Origin: Gammaproteobacteria bacterium
GTDB taxonomy: Bacteria > Pseudomonadota > Gammaproteobacteria > BTQY01
NCBI GenBank assembly: GCA_036986115.1
Contig: BTQY01000003.1
Span: 9,091-73,090 of the forward strand
Direction: 5' to 3'
Length of the DNA stretch: 64,000 nucleotides
Shown one piece after another: positions 8,450 through 19,528 of this stretch. The position numbers and the translations under genes were made by a program. Each line of letters begins with the position of its first letter. Positions within the stretch are counted from its first letter, which is position 1. The notes beneath the pieces are model-generated. The model made no database searches, was not told the DNA's origin, and was given only the letters and a program-made list of their open reading frames with translations.

Positions 8450-10984
8450 ATGAAAATTAAAATGAAATGTAATCTGGCTGGCAGTATAAAAACCATAAAT
8501 ACCTTTATGGTGATCGCCGTCCTGATTTTGACAGGCCCGGTAAAACAGGCAGCCGCAACTGATGAAGATCATAACGATCAGGCCAAGGTAGACAGTATTG
8601 CCAGGCAGGTTGGTGCGACTCTGAAGGAAGCAAGAGACCGGCTTACCGCGATCGCGGGTTACGCTTCCCTGAAAACGAGTATTAACAATAATAAAGATGC
8701 TGAGTTGCGTGTCTTCGAGGATCTTACCCGTGACAGCATCCCGTATGCATTGAAAGTTCGGGTGTTATCTCCGGATGTTAGTGAAATTGATACCAGCAGC
8801 ACTCCCTACTTAAGTTATGCATGTCTGGATATTACCAATAAGGCCGGAGAGACCATGAAGCAAACCCCAATAGAGGTGCATTCTTACGGTTCCCCGCAGC
8901 AACATATCGATATTGCGCAACCAGTGATGAATGAAACAGGCGACAAGGTCATTGCTGTGGTGCTGGTGAGTTTTGATGTTCGATGGTTGAAGTCAATCCT
9001 GTCGGATTACGAAATCTCCGATGGTTATCTTGAGCTACAGCAGGGGCGGCAGAGTATTGCATCACGTGGTGCCGCAGCACACCGCCAGGGTGTAGCGGCC
9101 AAGATCACGGTGATAGGCAGTCGCTGGCGACTGGCTTACTGGCCGGCAGGCGGTAATTTACAGCTGACCGTTGGTACAGATATTACCATGATGATCGCCC
9201 AGATCGTGGTCGTGCTGCTGTTGGTTGGTGTGGTGTTCTATTTGGTACGGATAAGGCGCATCAAACTGCCCCTGGCATCGCTGAAACTGAAACGTAAATC
9301 TTCCAGTTCGGTGTTGATGGGTCATGAGCAGGCCGAGGAAGAACTCACCATTGATAAAGACATAGAAAGTGGTGCCGGTGTTCTGTTTCAGTCCAGCGCT
9401 GATGTGAATGTCGAAGAGATCTCTGAGGACGAAGTTTTTCCTCGCATGGAGGGCCCTGCAGATATAGACATTCTTGCAGATGCTGCAGAGCTGCCGCCCA
9501 TCCAGGTTGATATTGATGAGCCTGCCGATGATACGAAGGTATCTGACAGTGTTGAAGACCGCAATACACAACAACTTGCCAGCGCGGATATGACAGAGGC
9601 AGTCAGTGTCCCCAAGACCATTTTCAGGGCCTATGATATTCGCGGTATTATCGATGACACACTGACCACGGATGCGGTCTATCAAATTGGTCGTGCTATT
9701 GGCAGTGTTGCTGGTGAGCGTCAGCAGCAAACCGTGGTGGTAGGACGAGACGGCAGACTGTCCGGTAAAGATCTGTCCGAAGCACTGATTAAAGGCTTGC
9801 AGGCCTCCGGGCGCGATGTCATTTTTATTGGCACCGTGCCAACCCCGGTGTTGTATTTCGCGACGCACCATTTAAACACCGGTACAGGTGTCATGGTCAC
9901 CGGTAGCCACAATCCTTCGAACTATAATGGCTTGAAGATGGTGATCGATAACGAAACCCTGTCGGGTGAAGCTATTCAGGATCTGCGCTATCGCCTGGAT
10001 AAGGGCAGACTGCTGAAAGGGGAAGGTAGTTTAAAGACCATGGATGTCGTCGATGAATATGTGAAATATATCCGCGATGATGTGTTGTTGTTCCGCGCCC
10101 CCAAGGTGGTAGTGGACTGTGGAAATGGTGTTGCCGGTGGAGTCGCCCCGAAAGTGCTGAGAGAGCTGGGCTGTGAAGTAGTGGAGCTGTACTGCGATGT
10201 GGACGGCCACTTTCCCAATCATCATCCAGACCCGGCCAAGCCTGAGAATCTTCAGGATCTGATCGAGGCAGTTAAAAAGGAAGGTGCATCGCTTGGGTTT
10301 GCCTTTGATGGCGATGGTGATCGTATTGGGGTCGTGGATTCCGAAGGTAATATCATCTGGCCAGATCGTCTGATGATGGTATATGCCAGGGATGTGTTGT
10401 CCCGTAATCAGGGTGCCGAAATTGTGTATGACGTGAAATGCACCAGCAATCTGGGTCGCATCATTATGGAAAGTGGTGGCAGGCCAGTGATGTACAAGAC
10501 CGGACATTCCTTTATCAAGGCCAAGATGAGGGAAAGTGGCGCCCTGCTTGCGGGTGAAATGAGTGGGCATATATTCTTTAAGGAAAGATATTTTGGCTTT
10601 GATGACGCCATATATGCGGCAGCAAGATTACTCGAGGCCATGGTGGTGTTTGCTGATGACCGTAGCACCGCTGAGGCCTTCCGCGAGTTGCCCGATGCCC
10701 TGAATACCCCCGAGCTCAACATTTTGTTTGAAGAGGGCGGGAACTTTAAATTTATGGAACAGCTCTCCAAACATGCACAGGAGTTCCATGGCGGGGTGGT
10801 AACAGCGATTGACGGGATCCGGGTGGATTATCAGGATGGCTGGGGGCTGGTACGCGCCTCGAATACCACTCCGTCGCTGGTACTGCGTTTTGAGGCCAAG
10901 AATGAGACAGCGCTGGCCCGTATTCAGTCACAATTCCGTGAGTTGATGCTGAGCATCCAGCCCGATATTAAGTTGCCATTCTAG
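8450..10984 (+). CDS. algC: Phosphomannomutase/phosphoglucomutase with a 380-codon N-terminal extension (TM helix, periplasmic domain, TM helix, acidic linker)
   Basis: The C-terminal 464 aa, from Met381 (nt 9590), read MTEAVSVPKTIFRAYDIRG..TGSHNPSNYNGLK..FDGDGDR..GEMSGH, a canonical alpha-D-phosphohexomutase. The upstream 380 in-frame codons encode two hydrophobic helices (FMVIAVLILTG; IAQIVVVLLLVGVVFYLV), a domain of about 210 aa between them, and a D/E-rich linker. Confidence 0.85.
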   Translation: MKIKMKCNLAGSIKTINTFMVIAVLILTGPVKQAAATDEDHNDQAKVDSIARQVGATLKEARDRLTAIAGYASLKTSINNNKDAELRVFEDLTRDSIPYALKVRVLSPDVSEIDTSSTPYLSYACLDITNKAGETMKQTPIEVHSYGSPQQHIDIAQPVMNETGDKVIAVVLVSFDVRWLKSILSDYEISDGYLELQQGRQSIASRGAAAHRQGVAAKITVIGSRWRLAYWPAGGNLQLTVGTDITMMIAQIVVVLLLVGVVFYLVRIRRIKLPLASLKLKRKSSSSVLMGHEQAEEELTIDKDIESGAGVLFQSSADVNVEEISEDEVFPRMEGPADIDILADAAELPPIQVDIDEPADDTKVSDSVEDRNTQQLASADMTEAVSVPKTIFRAYDIRGIIDDTLTTDAVYQIGRAIGSVAGERQQQTVVVGRDGRLSGKDLSEALIKGLQASGRDVIFIGTVPTPVLYFATHHLNTGTGVMVTGSHNPSNYNGLKMVIDNETLSGEAIQDLRYRLDKGRLLKGEGSLKTMDVVDEYVKYIRDDVLLFRAPKVVVDCGNGVAGGVAPKVLRELGCEVVELYCDVDGHFPNHHPDPAKPENLQDLIEAVKKEGASLGFAFDGDGDRIGVVDSEGNIIWPDRLMMVYARDVLSRNQGAEIVYDVKCTSNLGRIIMESGGRPVMYKTGHSFIKAKMRESGALLAGEMSGHIFFKERYFGFDDAIYAAARLLEAMVVFADDRSTAEAFRELPDALNTPELNILFEEGGNFKFMEQLSKHAQEFHGGVVTAIDGIRVDYQDGWGLVRASNTTPSLVLRFEAKNETALARIQSQFRELMLSIQPDIKLPF

Positions 10985-11068
10985 CCACAGTGATATGGGC
11001 AGTGTTCTGGTTATACAGTTGTAAATCGCTGCTTGCCTGCTAGGATGACGGCAGAGTTAAATAATTAA

Positions 11069-11974
<906 letters not shown>

Positions 11975-12022
11975 TACATACGGATAAACGCAAATACACA
12001 GGATAGTATGGGAGGGATGGTT

Positions 12023-12625
12023 ATGGCACAGGTTTCTTCAGATGATAAACAGCAACGCCCTTCACGAAAACGACATATCCTTGAGTGCCTGGCACGGGAG
12101 CTTGAAGGGCATCCGGGGGAGAAAATTACAACGGCTGGTCTGGCCAGGGCAGTGGGAGTTACTGAGGCCGCCCTGTATCGTCATTTTCCAAGTAAGGCCA
12201 GAATGTATGAGGGCCTGATCGAATTTATTGAGGATTCTGTATTTGGTCTGATAACAAAAATCCTGGATGAGGAAACTGACGCAATGACACGTTGTGAGAA
12301 AATTATGCGTATGTTGCTCGGATTTGCCGAACGTAACCCTGGCATGACCAGGATCCTGGCAGGTGATGCCCTGGTGGGTGAGAACCCCCGGCTACGAACC
12401 CGCACAGGACAATTTTTTGATCGTATAGAAACTCAATTTAAGCAGATTCTTCGAGAAGGTGAAATGCGAGGAGAAGGGACGGGTAATACTGTGCAGATAT
12501 CTGCGAACCTGATGCTGGTTGTAATAGAAGGCAAGTTTCACCAGTTCGTACGCAGTGAATTTTCGCGCTCACCGCTAATGAACTGGGATAATCAATGGGC
12601 GCTATTGAGAAGCAGTTTTTCCTGA
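12023..12625 (+). CDS. slmA: Nucleoid occlusion factor SlmA (TetR family)
   Basis: ITTAGLARAVGVTEAALYRHFPSKARMYEGLIEFIEDS..LLGFAERNPGMTRIL..FVRSEF is collinear with E. coli SlmA. GGGAGGG SD lies before the ATG at 12023. It has the expected dut/pyrE neighbourhood. Confidence 0.85.
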   Translation: MAQVSSDDKQQRPSRKRHILECLARELEGHPGEKITTAGLARAVGVTEAALYRHFPSKARMYEGLIEFIEDSVFGLITKILDEETDAMTRCEKIMRMLLGFAERNPGMTRILAGDALVGENPRLRTRTGQFFDRIETQFKQILREGEMRGEGTGNTVQISANLMLVVIEGKFHQFVRSEFSRSPLMNWDNQWALLRSSFS

Positions 12626-13258
12626 GACAGGTGTAACAGTTTTACCGGTGAGTTCATTGAAGCGAGATATTTTCGCCTTATAATCCGCTTTCATTTCCTC
12701 ACGTTCCCTGGTTTTTTTGTCTACAAAGGCCTGATACTTCCGGATTTGTGCCTTTGTTGTTTTGATGGCGTCCAGTTGCTTTTCAGACACCTTTCTGCCA
12801 TTACGTTCATTGTTGGCAGCGTTCTTACGCAGGCCCTTTAAATTTGCCTGTAATTTACCGATGTTTCCCCTGGTTATTTTAATCTCGTTGTTGAGCAGGT
12901 TGATTTTACCATCCCGTGTCATGATGATCTCATCTATATTGCTGAAAGTATCCAGCAGCACACGATCGTTTTTCTGCCGTTCTTCAGCGGCGCGTAATTT
13001 TTGTCTTTCCGCAGATTTTTCCTTTGCCAGTGCGTCGAGTTCTTCCCTGGTCTTTGCGCGTTCCACCCGGTTGGTAACAATACCCCCACTACTGATTTCC
13101 TCGTGCCCCTTTTGTGCAAATTCAGGTGGCACCACGTTACCGCATTCGCGGACCCCTTCGTTGTTGGTCCAGCACTTAAAACCCGCCACGGCAGGATGAC
13201 TTGAAAAAACAAATATGCCCGCAATCAGTATAAAAAAAGTCTTAATGGCTCTGGTCAT
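12602..13258 (-). CDS. DUF4124-type periplasmic coiled-coil protein
   Basis: A signal peptide is followed by GFKCWTNNEGVRECGN (DUF4124-like) and then a K/E/R-rich coiled coil. Confidence 0.65.
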   Translation of the reverse strand: MTRAIKTFFILIAGIFVFSSHPAVAGFKCWTNNEGVRECGNVVPPEFAQKGHEEISSGGIVTNRVERAKTREELDALAKEKSAERQKLRAAEERQKNDRVLLDTFSNIDEIIMTRDGKINLLNNEIKITRGNIGKLQANLKGLRKNAANNERNGRKVSEKQLDAIKTTKAQIRKYQAFVDKKTREREEMKADYKAKISRFNELTGKTVTPVSGKTASQ

Positions 13259-13349
13259 TTTTATATTCCGTTATATCTGCGTTGTCGGCTACAGTATAGC
13301 CATACATGTTATGTTAGTCACTTGAGTGCTTTATAAGTTCTGACTAAAA

Positions 13350-14105
13350 ATGCAGCCATTAGAACAACTTATACTGTTTATTATCTCGTTGATAGCAAAT
13401 ATATTTTCCGCCTTCGCCGGCGGCGGGGCCGGGTTGCTGCAACTGCCAGCCTTGATTTTTCTGGGACTTGGCTTTTCAGTGGCACTGGCAACCCATAAGG
13501 TTGCCAGTGTGGCGCTTGGCGTTGGTGCCACAATCAGGCATTTGCGTGAGAAGAGTCTGGAGCGATGGTTTGCATTGTTTATTCTTGCCACAGGTATGCC
13601 AGGAGTGATCCTGGGCGCACATATTATTCTCAAGGTGCCTGATCGGCATGCCCGCACCGCATTAGGTATTCTGACGCTGATGTTGGGTGTGTACTCATGG
13701 TCAAAACATGATCTTGGGCTTGAGCATAAGCCCGTACACCGTGATTCCACTGGTTATCTATACGGGGGTGTAGCGTTATTTATGATCGGCGCACTGAATG
13801 GATCATTGACATCAGGTACAGGGCTGTTTGTCACCATGTGGCTGGTCAGATGGTTTGGTCTGGATTATAAACGTGCGGTGGCCTATACCCTGATTCTCGT
13901 CGGTATGTTCTGGAACGGCACCGGTGCCATCACCCTTGGATTGTTGGCAGACATCAAATGGAGCTGGCTTCCGGTACTGTTGCTGGGATCTCTGCTGGGG
14001 GGCTATACGGGAGCCCACCTGGCGATTAGCAAGGGGAACAAATGGATCAAGCATGTATTTGAGGTGTTAACAGTCTTTGTTGGCATCGCCTTGATTACCA
14101 CCTGA
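13350..14105 (+). CDS. TauE/SafE family sulfite-exporter-like membrane protein
   Basis: 251 aa polytopic membrane protein with the two-fold repeat and GGGAGLL motif typical of TauE/SafE. Confidence 0.75.
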   Translation: MQPLEQLILFIISLIANIFSAFAGGGAGLLQLPALIFLGLGFSVALATHKVASVALGVGATIRHLREKSLERWFALFILATGMPGVILGAHIILKVPDRHARTALGILTLMLGVYSWSKHDLGLEHKPVHRDSTGYLYGGVALFMIGALNGSLTSGTGLFVTMWLVRWFGLDYKRAVAYTLILVGMFWNGTGAITLGLLADIKWSWLPVLLLGSLLGGYTGAHLAISKGNKWIKHVFEVLTVFVGIALITT

Positions 14106-14131
14106 ACCCGGATAATATTCCAGTGAATAAC

Positions 14132-14860
<729 letters not shown>

Positions 14861-14862
14861 TT

Positions 14863-15636
14863 ATGCGTGTCATCAGTATCAATGTGAATGGTATCCGGGC
14901 TGCGGAGAAAAAGGGCCTGTTACAATGGTTATCCAGACAGCGTGCGGATGTCATTTGCATCCAGGAAACCAGGGCTCAGGAATCTCAGCTCGATCCCGAA
15001 ACGCATTGTCCGAAGGGTTATCACTGCCATTTCCATGATGCGGAGAAAAAGGGCTATAGCGGTGTTGCCATCTACAGCAGGCGGGAGCCTGACAAGATTA
15101 TCTGTGGTCTTGGTAAAGGCTTTGAAGATATGGATGCCGAGGGCCGTTTCATTCAGGCTGATTATGGCAAGCTCAGTGTCATTTCAGTTTACCTGCCATC
15201 CGGCTCATCTGGTGACGAGCGCCAGCAGGTCAAGTTCAGTTTTATGAAGAGATTCACCAGGACACTCAAATCCATGCGGCGCAAGCAGCGCGAATTCATC
15301 ATCTGTGGTGACTGGAATATTGTGCATAAGGAGATTGATATCAAGAACTGGAAAAGTAACCAGAAAAATTCCGGGTGTTTGCCGGAGGAACGTGCCTGGC
15401 TGGATCAGGTGTTTGGCCCGATGGGTTTTGTGGACGCATTTCGAGTGGTTGATCAGAGACCACATCAGTATACCTGGTGGTCAAATCGCGGCAATGCACG
15501 GGCAAATAATGTGGGATGGCGTATCGATTATCAGATCATCACTCCGGCGCTGGAGAGCAAGGTCATCAGGGCTTCCATATACAAGGGCAAGTGGTTTTCT
15601 GATCATGCGCCCCTGACTATCGACTACGATCTCTAA
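14863..15636 (+). CDS. xthA: Exodeoxyribonuclease III
   Basis: MRVISINVNGIRAA..DVICIQETR..SDHAPL. The start is set at the internal Met. Confidence 0.9.
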   Translation: MRVISINVNGIRAAEKKGLLQWLSRQRADVICIQETRAQESQLDPETHCPKGYHCHFHDAEKKGYSGVAIYSRREPDKIICGLGKGFEDMDAEGRFIQADYGKLSVISVYLPSGSSGDERQQVKFSFMKRFTRTLKSMRRKQREFIICGDWNIVHKEIDIKNWKSNQKNSGCLPEERAWLDQVFGPMGFVDAFRVVDQRPHQYTWWSNRGNARANNVGWRIDYQIITPALESKVIRASIYKGKWFSDHAPLTIDYDL

Positions 15637-15726
15637 CGGTAACATTTGATATTCCCCCGGGAATTTTTACCATCAGATGTTCCTTTGGTGTTAAATTACC
15701 GGCATAGAGTGTGATATGGACGAGCT

Positions 15727-17106
15727 ATGCCGCAATACGATAATTCATTAAAACCCCAGGTCAGTTGGCGCCAGGCCTTTCTTGTCTATAAACATCACCG
15801 TGTCATTACCATGTTCTTCCTGGGTTTCTCGGCGGGGCTGCCGTTTCTACTGGTGTTTACGACCTTGTCCTTTTGGCTCAAAGAGGCGGAAGTCAGTCGA
15901 TCGGTGATTGGTTTTTTCAGCTGGGTGGGCATTACTTATTCTATCAAGGTGATGTGGGCACCTGTCATTGACCGCTTACAGATACCGTTATTAAGCAAAT
16001 GGCTGGGTCGTCGGCGTGGCTGGATGATCCTGGCGCAATTGGGCATTGCGGCAGGTCTCATCGGCATGGCGATGACCGATCCTCGTACAGAGTTATTCTG
16101 GCTGGCTGTGTTTGCGTTGGTGGTGGCCTTTAGTTCTGCAACTCAGGATGTTTCGGTAGATGCATTTCGTATTGAGGCAGTGAAAAAAGAACTACAGGGA
16201 GCAATGGCGGCCACCTATGTATTTGGATACCGTGTCGCGATACTGGTTACAGGTGCTGGTGCACTAATACTTTCGGATCTGATCCCCTGGTCCCAGGTTT
16301 ATTTGATAATGGCCTCACTGACCCTTGTGGGGATGATAACCGTACTGATTATTTCTGAGCCGCAGGTGAGCATCAGTAAAGACACCAATGTTCAGGAAGA
16401 ACGAGTTGTACACTTTCTTCAGGGCAGCCACCATTGGAACCCGTACTTCAGGCGTATCTCCGCATGGTTTCTTGGTGCTATCGTGTGCCCCTTTGTGGAC
16501 TTCTTTGAGCGAAATGGCACGCTAGCACTGGTCATACTGTTACTGATCAGCATGTACAAGATCAGCGACATTACCATGGGTGTCATGGCCGGTCCTTTTT
16601 ATCTTGATATGGGCTTTACCAAGACACAAATCGGTGAAATTACCAAGATATTCGGTTTCTTCATGACCATCCTGGGCGCCGCCGCAGGTGGGGTATTGGT
16701 GGTGCGTTATGGCGTGATGCGTCCGCTGCTGGCCGGTGCGATCCTGACGGCGGTGACCAACCTGTTGTTTGCCTATCTTGCCAGTGTCGAGCCGAGCCTG
16801 ACATTGCTGGCGGCCGTGATTGCTGCGGATAACCTCAGTGGCGGCTTCGCGACCTCGGCATTTATCGCCTACCTGTCCAGCCTGACCAATACCGCCTATA
16901 CGGCGACGCAGTATGCGTTGTTCAGTTCCTTAATGACCTTGTTGCCAAAGATCATTGCTGGTTTTTCCGGGGTAGTGGTGGATGCCTATGGCTATATCGT
17001 GTTCTTTACTTATGCCTCGGTGGTGGGGATCCCGGCGATCTTGCTGGTGTTATACCTGATGGCCCGCGCAAACAGCGCGGCCCGGTCTGTAATCCATGAC
17101 AGGTAG
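15727..17106 (+). CDS. ampG: AmpG-family muropeptide MFS permease
   Basis: 459 aa MFS protein. The N-terminal FLGFSAGLPFLLVFTTLSFWL and WGRRRGWM-type motifs are typical of AmpG. Confidence 0.8.
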   Translation: MPQYDNSLKPQVSWRQAFLVYKHHRVITMFFLGFSAGLPFLLVFTTLSFWLKEAEVSRSVIGFFSWVGITYSIKVMWAPVIDRLQIPLLSKWLGRRRGWMILAQLGIAAGLIGMAMTDPRTELFWLAVFALVVAFSSATQDVSVDAFRIEAVKKELQGAMAATYVFGYRVAILVTGAGALILSDLIPWSQVYLIMASLTLVGMITVLIISEPQVSISKDTNVQEERVVHFLQGSHHWNPYFRRISAWFLGAIVCPFVDFFERNGTLALVILLLISMYKISDITMGVMAGPFYLDMGFTKTQIGEITKIFGFFMTILGAAAGGVLVVRYGVMRPLLAGAILTAVTNLLFAYLASVEPSLTLLAAVIAADNLSGGFATSAFIAYLSSLTNTAYTATQYALFSSLMTLLPKIIAGFSGVVVDAYGYIVFFTYASVVGIPAILLVLYLMARANSAARSVIHDR

Positions 17107-17109
17107 GAG

Positions 17110-17523
17110 CTAGCCAGGAAAGAATTGCCGGCTGAATTTAATCTCGGTGGCCCTGTCCTGCCCCTGAGGCGTGACCTTGATGTTGAATTTCAGTGTTTCC
17201 TCATTGCTGAAGCGGAAGTCGCCAATATAGTAAATTGCACTACCATCAATTACCTTACGCATGTTTATGGTGCGCATCTGGCCATTCAGATTGGTGGCTG
17301 TGGCGCTGACACTGGCCTGGGCCGAGTCCTTACGGCCTTTTTTTACGACCACATTCAATACGGCAATCTTGTTACTGCGGGGGATCCCGAACGCCTTGGC
17401 GATATTTGGTTGTAATGTGCTGCTGTTGAATGTGTTGTAGTGAATGGTGTGATCGCCAACGGTGACCGAGTAATCATTATTTGCCGCCGCCGCGAAAGTC
17501 AGAATAAAGCCGAGGCTGAACAC
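17110..17523 (-). CDS. DUF4426-type periplasmic protein
   Basis: Small beta-rich secreted protein immediately downstream of metW, the position the DUF4426 gene occupies in pseudomonads. The start codon is uncertain (GTG). Confidence 0.6.
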   Translation of the reverse strand: MFSLGFILTFAAAANNDYSVTVGDHTIHYNTFNSSTLQPNIAKAFGIPRSNKIAVLNVVVKKGRKDSAQASVSATATNLNGQMRTINMRKVIDGSAIYYIGDFRFSNEETLKFNIKVTPQGQDRATEIKFSRQFFPG

Positions 17524-17673
17524 CAGTAATTGTCTGATTATTTTTATCGCCGTTCTCCTTGCGTGCCTATATCGTAAGTTTAGACAAACTTTGGTATCTA
17601 TAGGTTCTTGTGGGGTCCTGCAGGTGAAACAGTCATATAGAACAGCTAAATCCAGTTACCCGCATAACCTTAG

Positions 17674-18270
17674 TCATTTTCTCTGGAAGCGATAGATGGC
17701 AATTTCGCCGAGAAGGTTTGGCAGTATACGCATGCCGATACTTGAGCGGTGCCTGTGATCCACCACGGTCCGCTTCAGAATTTTTATTCCTCTATCCTTG
17801 CACAGGCGCTCAAAGTCTATCAGGGTACACAGGTGGATATTTTCGGTGTTGTACCATTCTGATGGTAACGCCGCTGTGACAGGCATGTGCCCCATCAAAA
17901 GATGCAAGCGTGAACGCCAGTGACCAAAGTTCGGAAATGTCACTATACCCTCCCGGCCAACCCGGAGAATTTCGTCCAGTAACTTGTCGGGATGACGGGT
18001 GGCCTGCAATGCCTGCGTCATGATGACATAATCGAAAGAATCTTCATCAAAATCCGAGAGACCCGCATCTACGTCCATCTGCAGCACGTTTACGCCACTG
18101 GCCACACACTCGATAATATGCTGGGTCTCGATCTCCAGGCCATAGCCACTGACCTGCTGATGAGTCTGCAGGTGATGTAATAAGGTGCCGTCACCACAGC
18201 CAAGATCCAGTACCCGGCTGCCTGGCTCTATCCATTCACTGATGATTTGCATATCGGTGCGCAGACTCAT
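17674..18270 (-). CDS. metW: Methionine biosynthesis protein MetW
   Basis: SAM-methyltransferase fold (VLDLGCGDG). It overlaps the metX stop by 4 nt. Confidence 0.9.
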   Translation of the reverse strand: MSLRTDMQIISEWIEPGSRVLDLGCGDGTLLHHLQTHQQVSGYGLEIETQHIIECVASGVNVLQMDVDAGLSDFDEDSFDYVIMTQALQATRHPDKLLDEILRVGREGIVTFPNFGHWRSRLHLLMGHMPVTAALPSEWYNTENIHLCTLIDFERLCKDRGIKILKRTVVDHRHRSSIGMRILPNLLGEIAIYRFQRK

Positions 18271-19415
18271 GAGACTTCACCGTCCAGTGCCCTGTTCATA
18301 TAGGCACGAAAAACATCCAGATAATAGGGAATGGGCAACAGGAAGGCATCGTGTCCCTGCGGGGACTCGATTTCTGCATAACTGACTACCAGGCCATTGT
18401 CATGTAATGCCTTGACTATTTCTCTGGAGCGTTCCGGGTGAAAACGCCAGTCACTGGTAAATGACATGACAAAGAATTCCGCCCTGGCGTGTGATAGCGC
18501 GATCGACAAGCTGTCGTTGAAATCACGTGCCGGGTCGAAATAGTCAAGGGCCTTGGTCATCAGCAGGTAGGTGTTGGCATCAAAGCGATCCACAAATGAC
18601 TCGCCCTGGTAACGCAGGTAGCTTTCCACCTGGAATTCCACATCAAATCCATAATTCAGCTTGCCTTCACGCAGTTCACGACCAAATTTCGCGCGCATTG
18701 AATCATCCGACAGGTAAGTGATGTGGCCCAGCATGCGGGCCAGCATCAGGCCTTGACGCGGTAAGGTATTTTTCTCCAGGTAGCGACCCTCATGAAAATC
18801 GGGATCCGACATGATCGCCTGCCTTGCTACCTCGTTGAAGGCAATATTCTGTGCAGATAATTTGGGTGCGGCGGCGATCACCAGCGCATGACGCAGCAGA
18901 TCCGGGTAGTCGATACTCCATTGTATGACTTGCATACCACCGAGGCTCCCGCCAACGATCGCTGCCCATTGTTTTATCCCCAGTATATCACCGAGGCGCT
19001 TCTGGCTACGTACCCAGTCCTTGACGGTGATGATTGGAAAATCCGGACCATAGGGTTTGCCAGTATCTGGATTGATGGAGGATGGTCCGCTAGAGCCACT
19101 GCAGCCACCGAGATTATTCGCACAGACCACATAAAAACGATTGCTATCAATAGGTTTTCCGGGGCCGACACATGCCTCCCACCAGCCGGGTTTTTTATCT
19201 TCCATGCTGTGGTAACCGGCGACATGGTGATCCGAGCTAAGCGCATGGCAGATCAATATGGCGTTACTGGCCGAGGCGTTCAGTTCTCCATAGGTCTCAT
19301 ACACCATCTCGTACCGACCCAGGCTGCGGCCACAGTCCAGCACCAATGGCTCATCAAAGTGAGCTGTCTTCGGTGAGACCAGTCCAACAGAGTCAGCGGG
19401 GATGGATTCAGGCAT
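18267..19415 (-). CDS. metX: Homoserine O-acyltransferase (MetX)
   Basis: 382 aa alpha/beta hydrolase. GGSLGGMQ is the nucleophile elbow, and the collinear MetX motifs are present. Confidence 0.92.
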   Translation of the reverse strand: MPESIPADSVGLVSPKTAHFDEPLVLDCGRSLGRYEMVYETYGELNASASNAILICHALSSDHHVAGYHSMEDKKPGWWEACVGPGKPIDSNRFYVVCANNLGGCSGSSGPSSINPDTGKPYGPDFPIITVKDWVRSQKRLGDILGIKQWAAIVGGSLGGMQVIQWSIDYPDLLRHALVIAAAPKLSAQNIAFNEVARQAIMSDPDFHEGRYLEKNTLPRQGLMLARMLGHITYLSDDSMRAKFGRELREGKLNYGFDVEFQVESYLRYQGESFVDRFDANTYLLMTKALDYFDPARDFNDSLSIALSHARAEFFVMSFTSDWRFHPERSREIVKALHDNGLVVSYAEIESPQGHDAFLLPIPYYLDVFRAYMNRALDGEVS

Positions 19416-19528
19416 GAGTGCTTATAGTTCCTGCATTAGATCAATTCAAAGTAGTCTAAAGAGTGCATTACTGGATCGCAACATTGACGGCAGGCAGGCC
19501 AGCCAGCACAACAAAATAATGCTTGTTG

